This document shows positions 8,186 through 17,589 of a DNA stretch of 64,000 nt, one piece after another. The notes beneath the pieces were generated by a model. That model made no database searches. It saw only the letters and a list, made by a program, of their open reading frames with translations, and was not told where the DNA came from. Position numbers and translations under genes: made by a program. Every line of letters begins with the position of its first letter. The stretch's first letter is position 1. The stretch spans positions 64,001-128,000 of the forward strand of contig CAVVHS010000009.1 in NCBI GenBank assembly GCA_963748215.1. The letters are read 5' to 3'. The DNA is from an uncultured Gammaproteobacteria bacterium. GTDB lineage: Bacteria; Pseudomonadota; Gammaproteobacteria; UBA9214.

Positions 8186-8228
8186 TGTCCCGACTGTCCC
8201 ACGATGCCGGGAATCCTGTGGACGACAG

Positions 8229-8255
8229 TCAAGGGCTTGCCCGCACGGCCGAAAA
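8229..8255 (+). promoter_or_regulatory. Putative sigma28 (FliA) promoter for HDOD gene
   Basis: TCAA-N15-GCCGAAAA versus consensus TAAA-N15-GCCGATAA. Confidence 0.55.
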
Positions 8256-8276
8256 AGAGGAAAGGGAGATTGTCTG

Positions 8277-9173
8277 ATGGACCAGCCGACCAATTGCCTC
8301 TGGGAACGAGTCATCGCGGACGCGCAGCTGCTGACGCTGCCGGCCGTCTATCTGCGCCTGAAGGAGGTGCTGGACGATCCCGATTATGCCGTCTCCGATG
8401 TCGAGGGTGCCATCAGCTCGGACCCTGCCATCGCCACGCGCCTGCTGCGCCAGGCCAACAGCCCCTATTTTGGTTTTGCCTCGAAGATCGAAACCATCTC
8501 GCGCGCCGTCGGTTTGCTCGGTTCACAGCAGGTTCACGACCTGGTCCTGGCTACCTCGGTGGCGCAGACCTTTTCCGGTATTTCCATCGAGGTGATGGAC
8601 ATGCACGCCTTCTGGACACGCAGCGTCTACTGCGCGGCGGCCGCGCGCCTTTTGGCGGTGAACTGCAACATACTCGATAGCGAGCGGTTGTTCGTCGCCG
8701 GCCTGCTGCGGGATATCGGGCACCTGGTCATGTACCAGTCGATTCCGGACGAAGCAAAGGCGGCCTTGCTGCGTGCCCGGGAGGATGGCCGCTCATTGTA
8801 CGAGGTGGAGCGCGAGGTGGTCGGCTTCGATTATGCGCAACTGGGCGGAGCGTTGTTGCAACAGTGGGGACTACCCAAGGGCCTGTGGGAGCCGGTGCAG
8901 GTGCAAGTTACGCCCGAGCAGGCAACCGAATATTCACTGGAGGCCTCGATTGTGCATCTCGCCGGGGTGCTCAGCGATGTGGGTCAGACCGAGGATGACG
9001 AGCGCGACGCCTTCGTGCAGCTGGTGCATCCGTCCGTCTGGGAGTCCACCGGCCTGACGCGCGAGCAGTGCGCGGCGATCCAGGACGAGGTCGAAAGCCA
9101 GCTCGATGGTGTGATGTACCTGATCTTTCCCGGCTCCAAGACCGTGCATGCCGGTTCGCGGCTCGCGATGTAA
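8277..9173 (+). CDS. HDOD domain protein
   Basis: LPAVYLRL...SDPAIATRLLRQANSPYFG...ISRAVGLLG...FWTRS...AGLLRDIGHL...WGLP; RBS GGGAGA. Confidence 0.9.
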   Translation: MDQPTNCLWERVIADAQLLTLPAVYLRLKEVLDDPDYAVSDVEGAISSDPAIATRLLRQANSPYFGFASKIETISRAVGLLGSQQVHDLVLATSVAQTFSGISIEVMDMHAFWTRSVYCAAAARLLAVNCNILDSERLFVAGLLRDIGHLVMYQSIPDEAKAALLRAREDGRSLYEVEREVVGFDYAQLGGALLQQWGLPKGLWEPVQVQVTPEQATEYSLEASIVHLAGVLSDVGQTEDDERDAFVQLVHPSVWESTGLTREQCAAIQDEVESQLDGVMYLIFPGSKTVHAGSRLAM

Positions 9174-9182
9174 CAGCCTGTC

Positions 9183-9425
9183 GGTGCGTGGAACGCACCC
9201 TACGTTACTGTCAGCCTGGGTAGGGTGCGCTCGGTGCACCGTGAATCCTGCGACATGCCCGAGGTATATCGGTGCGTAAAACGCACCCTACGGTGACGGG
9301 GGTATTTCCAGTGCGTAAAACGCACCCTACGGTGCCGGGCATTGTCTGCCTGGGTAGGGTGTACTTGGTGCACCGTGATTCCTGTGCCATGCCCGGTTTA
9401 TATCGGTGCGTAAAACGCACCCTAC
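9183..9425. repeat. Intergenic REP cluster (6 REPs, 134-bp duplication)
   Basis: B at 9183, 9271, 9310, 9405; A at 9220, 9354. Confidence 0.9.
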
Positions 9426-9490
9426 GTTCCGGGAATTTCTCTGCGTAAACCCACCCTGCGATCGATGAAATGGGTCGACCCTGTCACATA

Positions 9491-9517
9491 TCAAGAATAC
9501 CGCTATAGGGCCGCTAA
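9491..9517 (+). promoter_or_regulatory. Putative sigma28 promoter for GGDEF gene
   Basis: TCAA-N15-GCCGCTAA. Confidence 0.55.
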
Positions 9518-9577
9518 CAGGCTGAGGACAGGCGTATCAATCACCGCACCCGGTGCGTAACAAGACGAAAAACTAGC

Positions 9578-10747
9578 ATGATCAATGAATTACGGGATGC
9601 ATGGCGGGCCTCCGGCTTCAGTTCCGGGGAGGTGGCGCTGTTTGCGCGCAGTGCGATGCTGGAAGAGACCCGGCGCGGCCTGGTGCTGATGGGTATCGTG
9701 TTGCTGTGTATCTTCAGCGCCAGTGCGCTGCTGTTTTACCAATTCGGATTCGCGCACTCCACCGTCTATACCACTGGCCTGCTGGCCTTGCTGTCCGCCC
9801 ACATCATGGTATCGGCACGCGCCGCGCGCGATGCCAGCGCACTGTATATGCTTGGCACCACCCTGTTGATGATCAGCGGCACGGCGTTCGTGTTGCTGGC
9901 GCACAAGACCGGTGATTTCAACCAGGTGCTGTTTGCCAGTGTAGCGCTGCTGTTCATGGTGGCACCGCTGGTGCCGTGGGGCCTGCGCGAGGCCTTGCTG
10001 GTCACCGTGCTGATTTATCTTACCTTTACCGTTTCCACACTGACGTCCTACGAACGCTTTGACAGTAAATCGCTGTGGTCGCTGCAGTTCATCATGCTAA
10101 GCGCCGGCCTGATCAGTTTATTGCTGGTGATGCGCAACACGACCATTCGCAAGGCCGACCTGCAGACGCGTTTCGACCTGGAGCAGACCAACCGCAAAAT
10201 ACTGCACCTGTCCAACAAGGACCCGCTGACCGGTGCATGGAACCGGCGATTCCTGAAGAACGTGTTCGAGGCGAAGACGCAGGCATGGCATGCCGATGGC
10301 AAGGATTTTCATTTCGCCTATCTCGACCTGGACAATTTCAAGCCTATCAATGATAACTGCGGGCATGATTTTGGTGACGAGGTGCTGCGTTGCGTCAGCC
10401 AACACTTCACCGCGGCCCTGGGTGATGATGGTTACCTGGTGCGCATGGGTGGCGATGAGTTTGCCCTGTTGTACACCAGCGATGACCCCGAGCAGCAGAT
10501 TACCAACTGCCTGCAAAAAATCCGGGCGGCTATCCGCTCGCCGGGCCAGTGCAAGTCGATGGCCATCGGTATGAGCGTCGGGCTGGCCAGCGTGCCGGTG
10601 GGGGTCGAGCTCTCGCAGGAGGCCATCTACCGGGAGGCCGATGAGGCTCTGTACAGCGCCAAGGCGCGCAAGGGGCAGTACCGGGACACGGCAAATGTTG
10701 TCAGCCGTGTGCTGGATGGGTCTGAACGGTCACAAACCGTCGCCTGA
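9578..10747 (+). CDS. Membrane-bound diguanylate cyclase (GGDEF)
   Basis: 5-6 hydrophobic TM segments; DPLTGAWNRR, DLDNFKPIND..GHDFGD, RMGGDEF; no RxxD I-site. Confidence 0.92.
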   Translation: MINELRDAWRASGFSSGEVALFARSAMLEETRRGLVLMGIVLLCIFSASALLFYQFGFAHSTVYTTGLLALLSAHIMVSARAARDASALYMLGTTLLMISGTAFVLLAHKTGDFNQVLFASVALLFMVAPLVPWGLREALLVTVLIYLTFTVSTLTSYERFDSKSLWSLQFIMLSAGLISLLLVMRNTTIRKADLQTRFDLEQTNRKILHLSNKDPLTGAWNRRFLKNVFEAKTQAWHADGKDFHFAYLDLDNFKPINDNCGHDFGDEVLRCVSQHFTAALGDDGYLVRMGGDEFALLYTSDDPEQQITNCLQKIRAAIRSPGQCKSMAIGMSVGLASVPVGVELSQEAIYREADEALYSAKARKGQYRDTANVVSRVLDGSERSQTVA

Positions 10748-10754
10748 GTCCTGT

Positions 10755-11012
10755 AGTGCGTAGAACGCACCCTGCGTCCTGGCCGTGTCGCAAACACGCC
10801 CCCGGATCCAGGTAGGGTGCACTCCGTGTACCGTTTTGTGGTGCGTAGAACGCACCCTACGGTTCCGTTTTGCGGTGCGTGGAACGCATCCTGGATCCGG
10901 GTCGGGGTGCATGGCATCTCCGGTTCCGGGTAGGGTGCACTCCGTGCACCGTTTTGCGGTGCGTAAAACGCACCCTACGGTTCCGTTTTTCGGTGCGTGG
11001 AACGCACCCTGC
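10755..11012. repeat. Intergenic REP cluster (7 REPs, 118-bp duplication)
   Basis: B at ~10755, 10840, 10874, 10958, 10992; A at 10812, 10930. Confidence 0.9.
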
Positions 11013-11085
11013 GGTTTCGTTTTACGATGTGCAGAGCGTACCCGGCATCGGCACGTCACACCTCACGCCCGCCCCTCGGCCCAGC

Positions 11086-11112
11086 TCAAGAATAGAGCTG
11101 TTCGGCCGATCA
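11086..11112 (+). promoter_or_regulatory. Putative sigma28 promoter for pilMNOPQ-like operon
   Basis: TCAA-N15-GCCGATCA. Confidence 0.5.
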
Positions 11113-11183
11113 TGTGTCAATAGAAATTTTATTCAAGACAGAGACCTACGATGAACTTTCGGGGTTCAGGGGAAGCTCGCTGA

Positions 11184-12320
11184 ATGGGCGCACTGGCTGC
11201 AGTCCTGCAACGTTTTCAACCGGGCGCCAATGCCAGGCGCATCGGCTGCATCGGTATGGAGTGCGCGCTGAATGCCGTGCACCTGGTGCAGCTGGCCGCA
11301 GACAGTCAGGGCGCGATCACCGTGCATGCCATGGCCTCGCAGCCCTACCCCTGCACGCGTGACGAGCTGTTCGCCTCGCCACGGCAATTCCGTGCGCTGG
11401 TGCGTACGGCGCTGGCACAGGGCAATTTCCGCGGACGCGCTATCGTTACCACCCTGCCATCCTCCGATGTGAACATCATGCCGGTCTCGTACCACGTCGC
11501 CGAGGGCGGGACGGATGATGCGGCGTTACTGGGTGTGATGGCGGAACGACTGGACGGTGACTTGAGCAACTATGTGATCGATTATCTCCCGGTACGTTCG
11601 GAACGCGGTATGGAAGAGCGCCAGGCGATTGTGGCCGTTGCGCAGCGCGATTTCGTCATCAACTATCTCGAGCTGCTGCGCAAGAGCGGGCTGGAGACCC
11701 GGCACCTGGAGATCGGGCCATCGGCCATACGCCGGCTGGTCAGTGCGATGGGGACGCAAGGCGAGCACCACAACGTGCTGGCAATCAATTTCGGACGCGA
11801 GTCGAGTTTCCTGACCGTGATTTCCGGCGCGCGATTGCTGTTCGACCAGGAGATACCGTTCGGCGAGAATCGACTGCTGAACCTGGTTGCCACGACACTG
11901 GAGCTCCCGGTCGAGTCTGTAAGTCAGCTGATTGCCGCGAACAGCCTGGATCCCTGGGTGAAGGACCGGCGCAGCCTGCGCGAGGGTATGGACCGGGAAG
12001 CATCGCTCACGCTGCAGGAAATCGTAAAGCCTGAGTTTCTCAAGCTGGTCGAGGAAATCAACCGCACATTGATCTACGCTGCCTCGCAAACGCGAGGCGA
12101 GTCGGTGACCCGCATCTACCTGCTTGGCAGCCTGGCGCGCTGGCAGGGTGCCGATGCCTTGCTGCACAAGCTGGTGAACCTGGATGTAGAGACGATCCCG
12201 GACCCGTTCCGGGTGTTTTGCAAGACAGCAGAGTCGCCGTCACCGGCGACGGTCGCACCGTCACCGGAGATTGCGGTGGCCACCGGCCTGGCCATGAACG
12301 GGCTGACCGAACATGACTGA
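11184..12320 (+). CDS. pilM: PilM-like actin-fold pilus assembly protein
   Basis: YVIDY, VAVAQRD...ELLRKSGL, INFGRESSFLTV, IPFGE, IYLLGS, AVATGLA terminal motif. Confidence 0.75.
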   Translation: MGALAAVLQRFQPGANARRIGCIGMECALNAVHLVQLAADSQGAITVHAMASQPYPCTRDELFASPRQFRALVRTALAQGNFRGRAIVTTLPSSDVNIMPVSYHVAEGGTDDAALLGVMAERLDGDLSNYVIDYLPVRSERGMEERQAIVAVAQRDFVINYLELLRKSGLETRHLEIGPSAIRRLVSAMGTQGEHHNVLAINFGRESSFLTVISGARLLFDQEIPFGENRLLNLVATTLELPVESVSQLIAANSLDPWVKDRRSLREGMDREASLTLQEIVKPEFLKLVEEINRTLIYAASQTRGESVTRIYLLGSLARWQGADALLHKLVNLDVETIPDPFRVFCKTAESPSPATVAPSPEIAVATGLAMNGLTEHD

Positions 12321-12963
12321 AATCGATCTCATACCGACGGACTACCGCAACCGCGTCTGGCTGCAGGGCAGGGCACGCCAGGTTGTCAGCGTGGTCGTAG
12401 TGCTGCTGGTTGTACTGTTGCTTGCCATGACGACCATGCATTACCTGTCCGGCAAGACGAATGCCCGGATCGCGGAACTGCAGGCGCAGCAGGCCATTAC
12501 GGCCCAGCAGCGCGAACAGCTGACCCAGCTGGACGGCAATCGCGCCGAGCTGGAAAGCCGGCTTGCCCTGCTGGGTGGTCTGCGCGGTGGCGCGGCGGCA
12601 TCGGCTATGTTCGTCGCCATTGACCGTGCCATGGTCGAGGGTGATGTCTGGTTCAAGGGCTGGGAGTTCAACCGCGCCGGCAGTGTGGTCGAGCGCAGGC
12701 AGGAGGCCACCAGCAACGGTTATTTCATTGTCATGCCGGCTGCCAACGGCACCGAGAGCACCGAGGCCTGGAAGATCGAGACCCACATGAAGATCCGCGG
12801 CCAGGCAAAGGATCATTCCGCGCTGTCCGGTTTTGTCAGGCGCCTCTACCAGCAGCCGGAGATCCTGGATGTGCGGATTCTCAACACCGCGGTGGCTGCC
12901 AATAGCCGCTTCGTCGATTTCAACCTGGCGGTCACCGTCAATGGTCGCGAGGCGGGCAGCTGA
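12313..12963 (+). CDS. pilN: PilN-like inner-membrane protein
   Basis: EIDLIP N-terminal motif (INLLP-like), single TM, coiled coil, VWF...IRGQA...FVRRL. Confidence 0.75.
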   Translation: MTEIDLIPTDYRNRVWLQGRARQVVSVVVVLLVVLLLAMTTMHYLSGKTNARIAELQAQQAITAQQREQLTQLDGNRAELESRLALLGGLRGGAAASAMFVAIDRAMVEGDVWFKGWEFNRAGSVVERRQEATSNGYFIVMPAANGTESTEAWKIETHMKIRGQAKDHSALSGFVRRLYQQPEILDVRILNTAVAANSRFVDFNLAVTVNGREAGS

Positions 12964-13526
12964 TGCACCCGCTCCTGATCAATACGCCGCCACGTACCGT
13001 TATCCTGGTGATGGTATCCATGGCACTGCTGGCGATGGCCGCACTGGCGAGCTATGTCGTCTGGCCGGAATACAAGGACTACCGCAAGTCGCTCACCAGC
13101 CTGCGGCTGCTGGAAAATGTTGCCGCCAGGGGCGATACGCTCGAGCGTGAGATGGCCGATCTGCAGGGGCGGGTGGAGTCGCTGAATCACCAGTTGCACG
13201 GCGATATGGTCAATCTTCCCAGAAACCAGATGGAGTCGTTCATCATCGGTCGCCTGCAGGGTATCTCGTGGCGCAATCATGTCGAACTGCTGAGTGTGAC
13301 GCCCGGCATGGGTGGCAGGGTGCAGGTATTCGAGGAAGTGCTCTTCAACGTCCGGGTATCGGGGGATTACTTCGATCTGTACCAGTGGCTCAAGGACATG
13401 CGCGAGGAGCTCGGTTATGTGGTCGTCAAGCAGTTCAATATCACTCCCGGAGCTACCGCAGGCCAGGCAGAGGGGCTGACCGCCACTTTCACCATCGTGT
13501 CCTACCGGGAGGCGGAAAATGCCTAG
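12963..13526 (+). CDS. pilO: PilO-like / GspM-like protein
   Basis: N-terminal TM, coiled coil, VELLSVTP...VSGDYFDLYQWL ferredoxin-like motif; position after pilN. Confidence 0.7.
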   Translation: MHPLLINTPPRTVILVMVSMALLAMAALASYVVWPEYKDYRKSLTSLRLLENVAARGDTLEREMADLQGRVESLNHQLHGDMVNLPRNQMESFIIGRLQGISWRNHVELLSVTPGMGGRVQVFEEVLFNVRVSGDYFDLYQWLKDMREELGYVVVKQFNITPGATAGQAEGLTATFTIVSYREAENA

Positions 13527-13893
13527 GGGCATGGCCTGTATCCTGTTGCTGGCCGTGTCACTGCTGCAAGCAGTCGCGCAGGCGGCGGACGGGGCCGGGC
13601 CGTTGCGCATCAATCCCTTTGTGCAGCCCGAGGTCGTTGCGGATGTGGCAAGCACCGCGGTGTCCAGCGTAGAAGATTCCATGGTATTGCGCGGGATCAT
13701 GCTGGCCGGGGAACAGTCGCTGGCAAATATCGGCGGCAAGATCGTCGGTATAGGCCAGGAGATCAATGGCTACCGGCTGATTGCCGTGAATGAAAGTAAC
13801 GTGGTGCTCGATCGGGATGGAACACGCAGGGAACTCGGGGTCAGCAAACAGGATGGAAACGAATACGATGAGCGGCGTACAGGCAGAAGGTAA
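13519..13893 (+). CDS. PilP/MshK-like exported protein
   Basis: Signal peptide, RINPF, LRGIM...ANIGG...GQEINGYRLIAV; between pilO and secretin. Confidence 0.6.
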   Translation: MPRGMACILLLAVSLLQAVAQAADGAGPLRINPFVQPEVVADVASTAVSSVEDSMVLRGIMLAGEQSLANIGGKIVGIGQEINGYRLIAVNESNVVLDRDGTRRELGVSKQDGNEYDERRTGRR

Positions 13894-15250
13894 TTATTGG
13901 CGCGCTGCAATGCTGCTGCTAACAGCGGCATTGCTGTTGCTGCTGTTGACCAGGCCGCTGTACGGCGCGGAGACCGGGATTGTGCATGACGGCAAGATCA
14001 CCCTGACCTTGCGCAAGGTCGAGATTGCAGAGGTCATGGAGATGCTGTCGCGCGCGGCGCGCGTGAATATCCTGCTGTCCGATGACGTGAACGGGGAGAT
14101 CTCCGTCAATCTCTATGATGTCGGGATCAACGAGGCCATTCACTCGATTGCCAGCTCCGCCGGCTACGGTGTGGAACGCCGCGGCGGCAGTTATTTTATA
14201 GTGGAGCGTGACCAGGCGGGCAAGTCCGAGCCCGGTGGCCCGACCGAGGTGCGCACTTTCAAGGTGCAGTACTCCGACCCCGAGCTTGTCGCCGGCATCC
14301 TGAAGAATCACCTGTCCAGCTATGGTCAGGTGACCACGCTGCCGGAACGCCGCCTGCTGATCGTGGAAGACACGCCGCACTTCCTCGGGCGCATCCAGAA
14401 GCTGCTGAAAGAGATCGACCGTCAGCCGCGCCAGATCCTGATCGAGGCCAAGATACTCGAGGTGTCGCTGACCGATTCGGAATCCTACGGCCTGGACTGG
14501 GTGAAAATCTTCGAGTCCGGCGACGCGGCAATCGGCACCCAGGGGCTGGGCAGTCCCGGTTCTCCAGGCCTGTTCTTCAACTACATCACGCCGGATGTGG
14601 AAGTGTTCCTGGATGCATTGCGGACACGTGGCCGCACCCGCACCCTGTCGACCCCGAAGCTGCTGGCGCTGGAAGACCAGGAGGCGGAAACCATCATCGG
14701 CAACCGGCTTGGCTACAACGTGACCACCACCATCGACAACGTGACCACCACCTCGGTCGAGTTCCTCGAATCCGGTGTGATCATGAAGGTCAAGCCGTCG
14801 GTAGACGGTGAAGGTCGCATCTTCCTGGAAATCCATCCCGAGGTGAGTACCGGTGATGTACTGAACGGCCTGCCCAGCCAGTCGACCGCCGAGGTCACCA
14901 CGTCCATGCTGGTGGAGAGCGGTCAGACGGTCTTCATCGGCGGGTTGATTACGCGCAACCAGGGCAAGACCCGCGAGGGTATACCGATCCTGGGTGATAT
15001 CCCCGGCATCGGCAGTCTGTTCTCGAACAAGCTGATCACCAGCCAGAACACCGAGCTGGTGGTGCTGGTGACGCCCTACCTCATCGACAATGACAAGGTG
15101 CCGCTGGACGGCGGCAATGCTGCGAATGTGGCAGCGGTGGCGGAACAGCTCGAGGTGCAACCGCGCGATATCGATCGCGTGCTGGAAAAGATGGGTTACT
15201 TCGAGGACACCTTCGAGGCTGCAGGTACTGAGTCGGATTTCAATTTCTGA
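13868..15250 (+). CDS. Secretin (PilQ/GspD family)
   Basis: QILIEAKILEV...GLDW, LSTPKLLAL, GVIMKVKP, TVFIGGLI...GIPILGDIPGIGSLF...TELVVLVTP; start uncertain (13853/13868). Confidence 0.92.
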   Translation: MSGVQAEGNYWRAAMLLLTAALLLLLLTRPLYGAETGIVHDGKITLTLRKVEIAEVMEMLSRAARVNILLSDDVNGEISVNLYDVGINEAIHSIASSAGYGVERRGGSYFIVERDQAGKSEPGGPTEVRTFKVQYSDPELVAGILKNHLSSYGQVTTLPERRLLIVEDTPHFLGRIQKLLKEIDRQPRQILIEAKILEVSLTDSESYGLDWVKIFESGDAAIGTQGLGSPGSPGLFFNYITPDVEVFLDALRTRGRTRTLSTPKLLALEDQEAETIIGNRLGYNVTTTIDNVTTTSVEFLESGVIMKVKPSVDGEGRIFLEIHPEVSTGDVLNGLPSQSTAEVTTSMLVESGQTVFIGGLITRNQGKTREGIPILGDIPGIGSLFSNKLITSQNTELVVLVTPYLIDNDKVPLDGGNAANVAAVAEQLEVQPRDIDRVLEKMGYFEDTFEAAGTESDFNF

Positions 15251-15347
15251 TACACCGTGCGCTGTGCACGTCGGCAGGCCGGCTTGCCGTGTGGTGGCGG
15301 CAGGGTGATAGTACAAACCGCGGCCTGGCTGCTAAGATGCAGCTTGT

Positions 15348-16127
15348 GTGGAACAACAGGGGGCGGCGGGACTCGTGATCCGGTTTGTCGGCATCGTTAT
15401 CTGGCGCATCGTCTGCTGGCTTGAACTCGCCCTGTTCACGCTGGTGATGTACCTGCTGTCCTGGCTGCCCGGTACGCTGCTCAAGGGGTTTTATTTCCCG
15501 CTGTTCAGGTTCTGGGCGCGCAGCTTCGTGCGGGCGCTCGGCGTCGACCTGCGGGTACACCAGAAATACACCAGCCAGGGCCTGCCGCAGCAGTACATCC
15601 TGATTGCCAACCATCCCTCCGCATTCGAGGATGTCGGCATACCGGCCGTGTTTCCCGTTCATTCGCTGGCCAAGATCGAGGTGAAGGACTGGTGGCTGGT
15701 CGGGCGCATCAGTGCCGCGGCGGGCTCACTGTACGTACAGCGCGAGTCGAAGGAGTCGCGCAATGCCGCAGCCGAGGAGATCGACCGCGAGTTGGCCGCC
15801 GGTAAAAACATCGCGCTGTATCCCGAGGGCGGTTGCAAGGGTCGGCGTATTTTCGACACGTTCCGCTACGGTGCCTTCGACATCTCGCTGCGCACCGGCA
15901 TACCCATCCTGCCGGTGTTTCTGCACTACGATTCGCAGGACGATTTCGAGTGGCGCGCTCCGCAGACCCTGCTGCACAAGATCTGGCATATGAGCATCAC
16001 CCGCAACCATCGCGTCAATTTCTACGTCTACGACGCCTTCGATCCCCGGCAGTTCTCAGACAAAGAGTCGTATGCCGCCTATGCACACGGCAAATTCCTG
16101 GAGTGGCAGGCCCGCTATCTCGACTGA
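15348..16127 (+). CDS. Lysophospholipid acyltransferase (PlsC family)
   Basis: NHPSAFED (HxxxxD-like) and YPEGG motifs; start may be 15375. Confidence 0.85.
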   Translation: MEQQGAAGLVIRFVGIVIWRIVCWLELALFTLVMYLLSWLPGTLLKGFYFPLFRFWARSFVRALGVDLRVHQKYTSQGLPQQYILIANHPSAFEDVGIPAVFPVHSLAKIEVKDWWLVGRISAAAGSLYVQRESKESRNAAAEEIDRELAAGKNIALYPEGGCKGRRIFDTFRYGAFDISLRTGIPILPVFLHYDSQDDFEWRAPQTLLHKIWHMSITRNHRVNFYVYDAFDPRQFSDKESYAAYAHGKFLEWQARYLD

Positions 16128-16271
16128 GCCGGTCCCGCACCCCTGGCCGGTATCGACAAGATCGATACCATCTGCCGTGCGAAGCCCGTCTACCAGTGGT
16201 AGCCGGGATGCCGCCACAGCGTCTCGTACATCCGTTATCCGTCGAGTGCGCTGTGCGCACCGGAAGACCAG

Positions 16272-17498
16272 TTAGCCGAGATATTTCCGCAGGGTATCGA
16301 ACAGCAGCAGACCGAACACCAGCACCGTGCCCAGCAGGACCAGGTTCGTGGCGGGACCGTTGGAGAGCCTGCCCAGCCAGGCGCGGCGGTTGTTCATGAC
16401 CAGCAGCAGTACGCCCAGCAGGGGCATGAAGAACGCGCCGGCAACGGCGTAGACCAGCACCAGCCACACGGGTTTGCCCGCCAGCATCAGGATCATCGGT
16501 GGGACGGCGATGTACAACAGGTAGCCGCGGTAGGCGTGTGAGTGCGTACTGACGGCGCGGGGTTGTTTGTCACGCCAGTGGTATTGCTCCACGAAATCGG
16601 CAAACAGGTAGGGCACGCCCTGCCAGACGCCCAGCATGGAGCTGAATACCGCGCTCCAGAAACCGACCAGGAAGCACCACTTGCCGAACGGGCCGACTAT
16701 CTCTTCCAGTCGTGCCGCGATGGCCAGCGCCATCTCCGGCCCGGTGACGGTGTCGGGGTGCACTCCGGCGGAAATAATAATGACGGCAACGCCGAACAGG
16801 CCGGTCAGGGTGTAGGCAACGGCCAGGTCACGGCGAGAACGCACCAGGTCATCAGGCGTCGTCCAGTTCCGTTCGCGTATCCAGTAGCCATAACAGAGCA
16901 GGGTGACGCTGCCGCCTACGCCGCCGATCACACCGATGATAAACAGTATCGATCCTTGCGGTATCGAGGGTATCAGCAAGCCGCTTGCGATGCCGGCCAG
17001 GTCCGGCGCGACCCAGGCAGCACATACCAGTACCACCAGCATCATGACGGCCATGAACAGTTTCATGAGCGGCTCGAGCAGCCGATAGCTGCCGGTCAGC
17101 ACCAGCACGGCGGCCAGCAGGGAATGCACTATGCCCCAGTTTGCCACGGACAGGCCGGGATACAGGGCGTGAGCAGCCAGCCCGGTTGCGGCGATCAGTG
17201 CACCTGCGACCACGAATGTCCACAGCAGCAGGTAGATGAAAAAATAGAGGGAGACGAATTTCGGCAGTCGCTGGATCCAGCCTTCCAGCAGCGTCGTGCC
17301 GGTGGCGAGTTGCCAGCGAGCCAGCCCCTCGTTCATGGTGAATTTCATGATGGCGCCGAGGATCGCCGCCCAGAGAATCGTGGTACCGAATTTTGCGCCG
17401 GCAACCGAGGCGACCACCAGGTCGCCGGCGCCGAGGCCGGTCGCTGCGATGACGAGGCCGGGGCCGATGTCCCGCAGCCTGGAGCTGGTCTTTTTCAT
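16272..17498 (-). CDS. Nramp-family divalent metal transporter
   Basis: IGPGLVIAATGLGAGDL N-terminal motif, ~11 TM segments. Confidence 0.8.
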   Translation of the reverse strand: MKKTSSRLRDIGPGLVIAATGLGAGDLVVASVAGAKFGTTILWAAILGAIMKFTMNEGLARWQLATGTTLLEGWIQRLPKFVSLYFFIYLLLWTFVVAGALIAATGLAAHALYPGLSVANWGIVHSLLAAVLVLTGSYRLLEPLMKLFMAVMMLVVLVCAAWVAPDLAGIASGLLIPSIPQGSILFIIGVIGGVGGSVTLLCYGYWIRERNWTTPDDLVRSRRDLAVAYTLTGLFGVAVIIISAGVHPDTVTGPEMALAIAARLEEIVGPFGKWCFLVGFWSAVFSSMLGVWQGVPYLFADFVEQYHWRDKQPRAVSTHSHAYRGYLLYIAVPPMILMLAGKPVWLVLVYAVAGAFFMPLLGVLLLVMNNRRAWLGRLSNGPATNLVLLGTVLVFGLLLFDTLRKYLG

Positions 17499-17589
17499 GA
17501 TGTCCCGTTTCGGCAGATTTTCCGGCAGCCGTGATAAAGTAGCCCGGTGAAGCCGTTATGTTAACGGATTGCCGGTCGATCAAGAGCCG

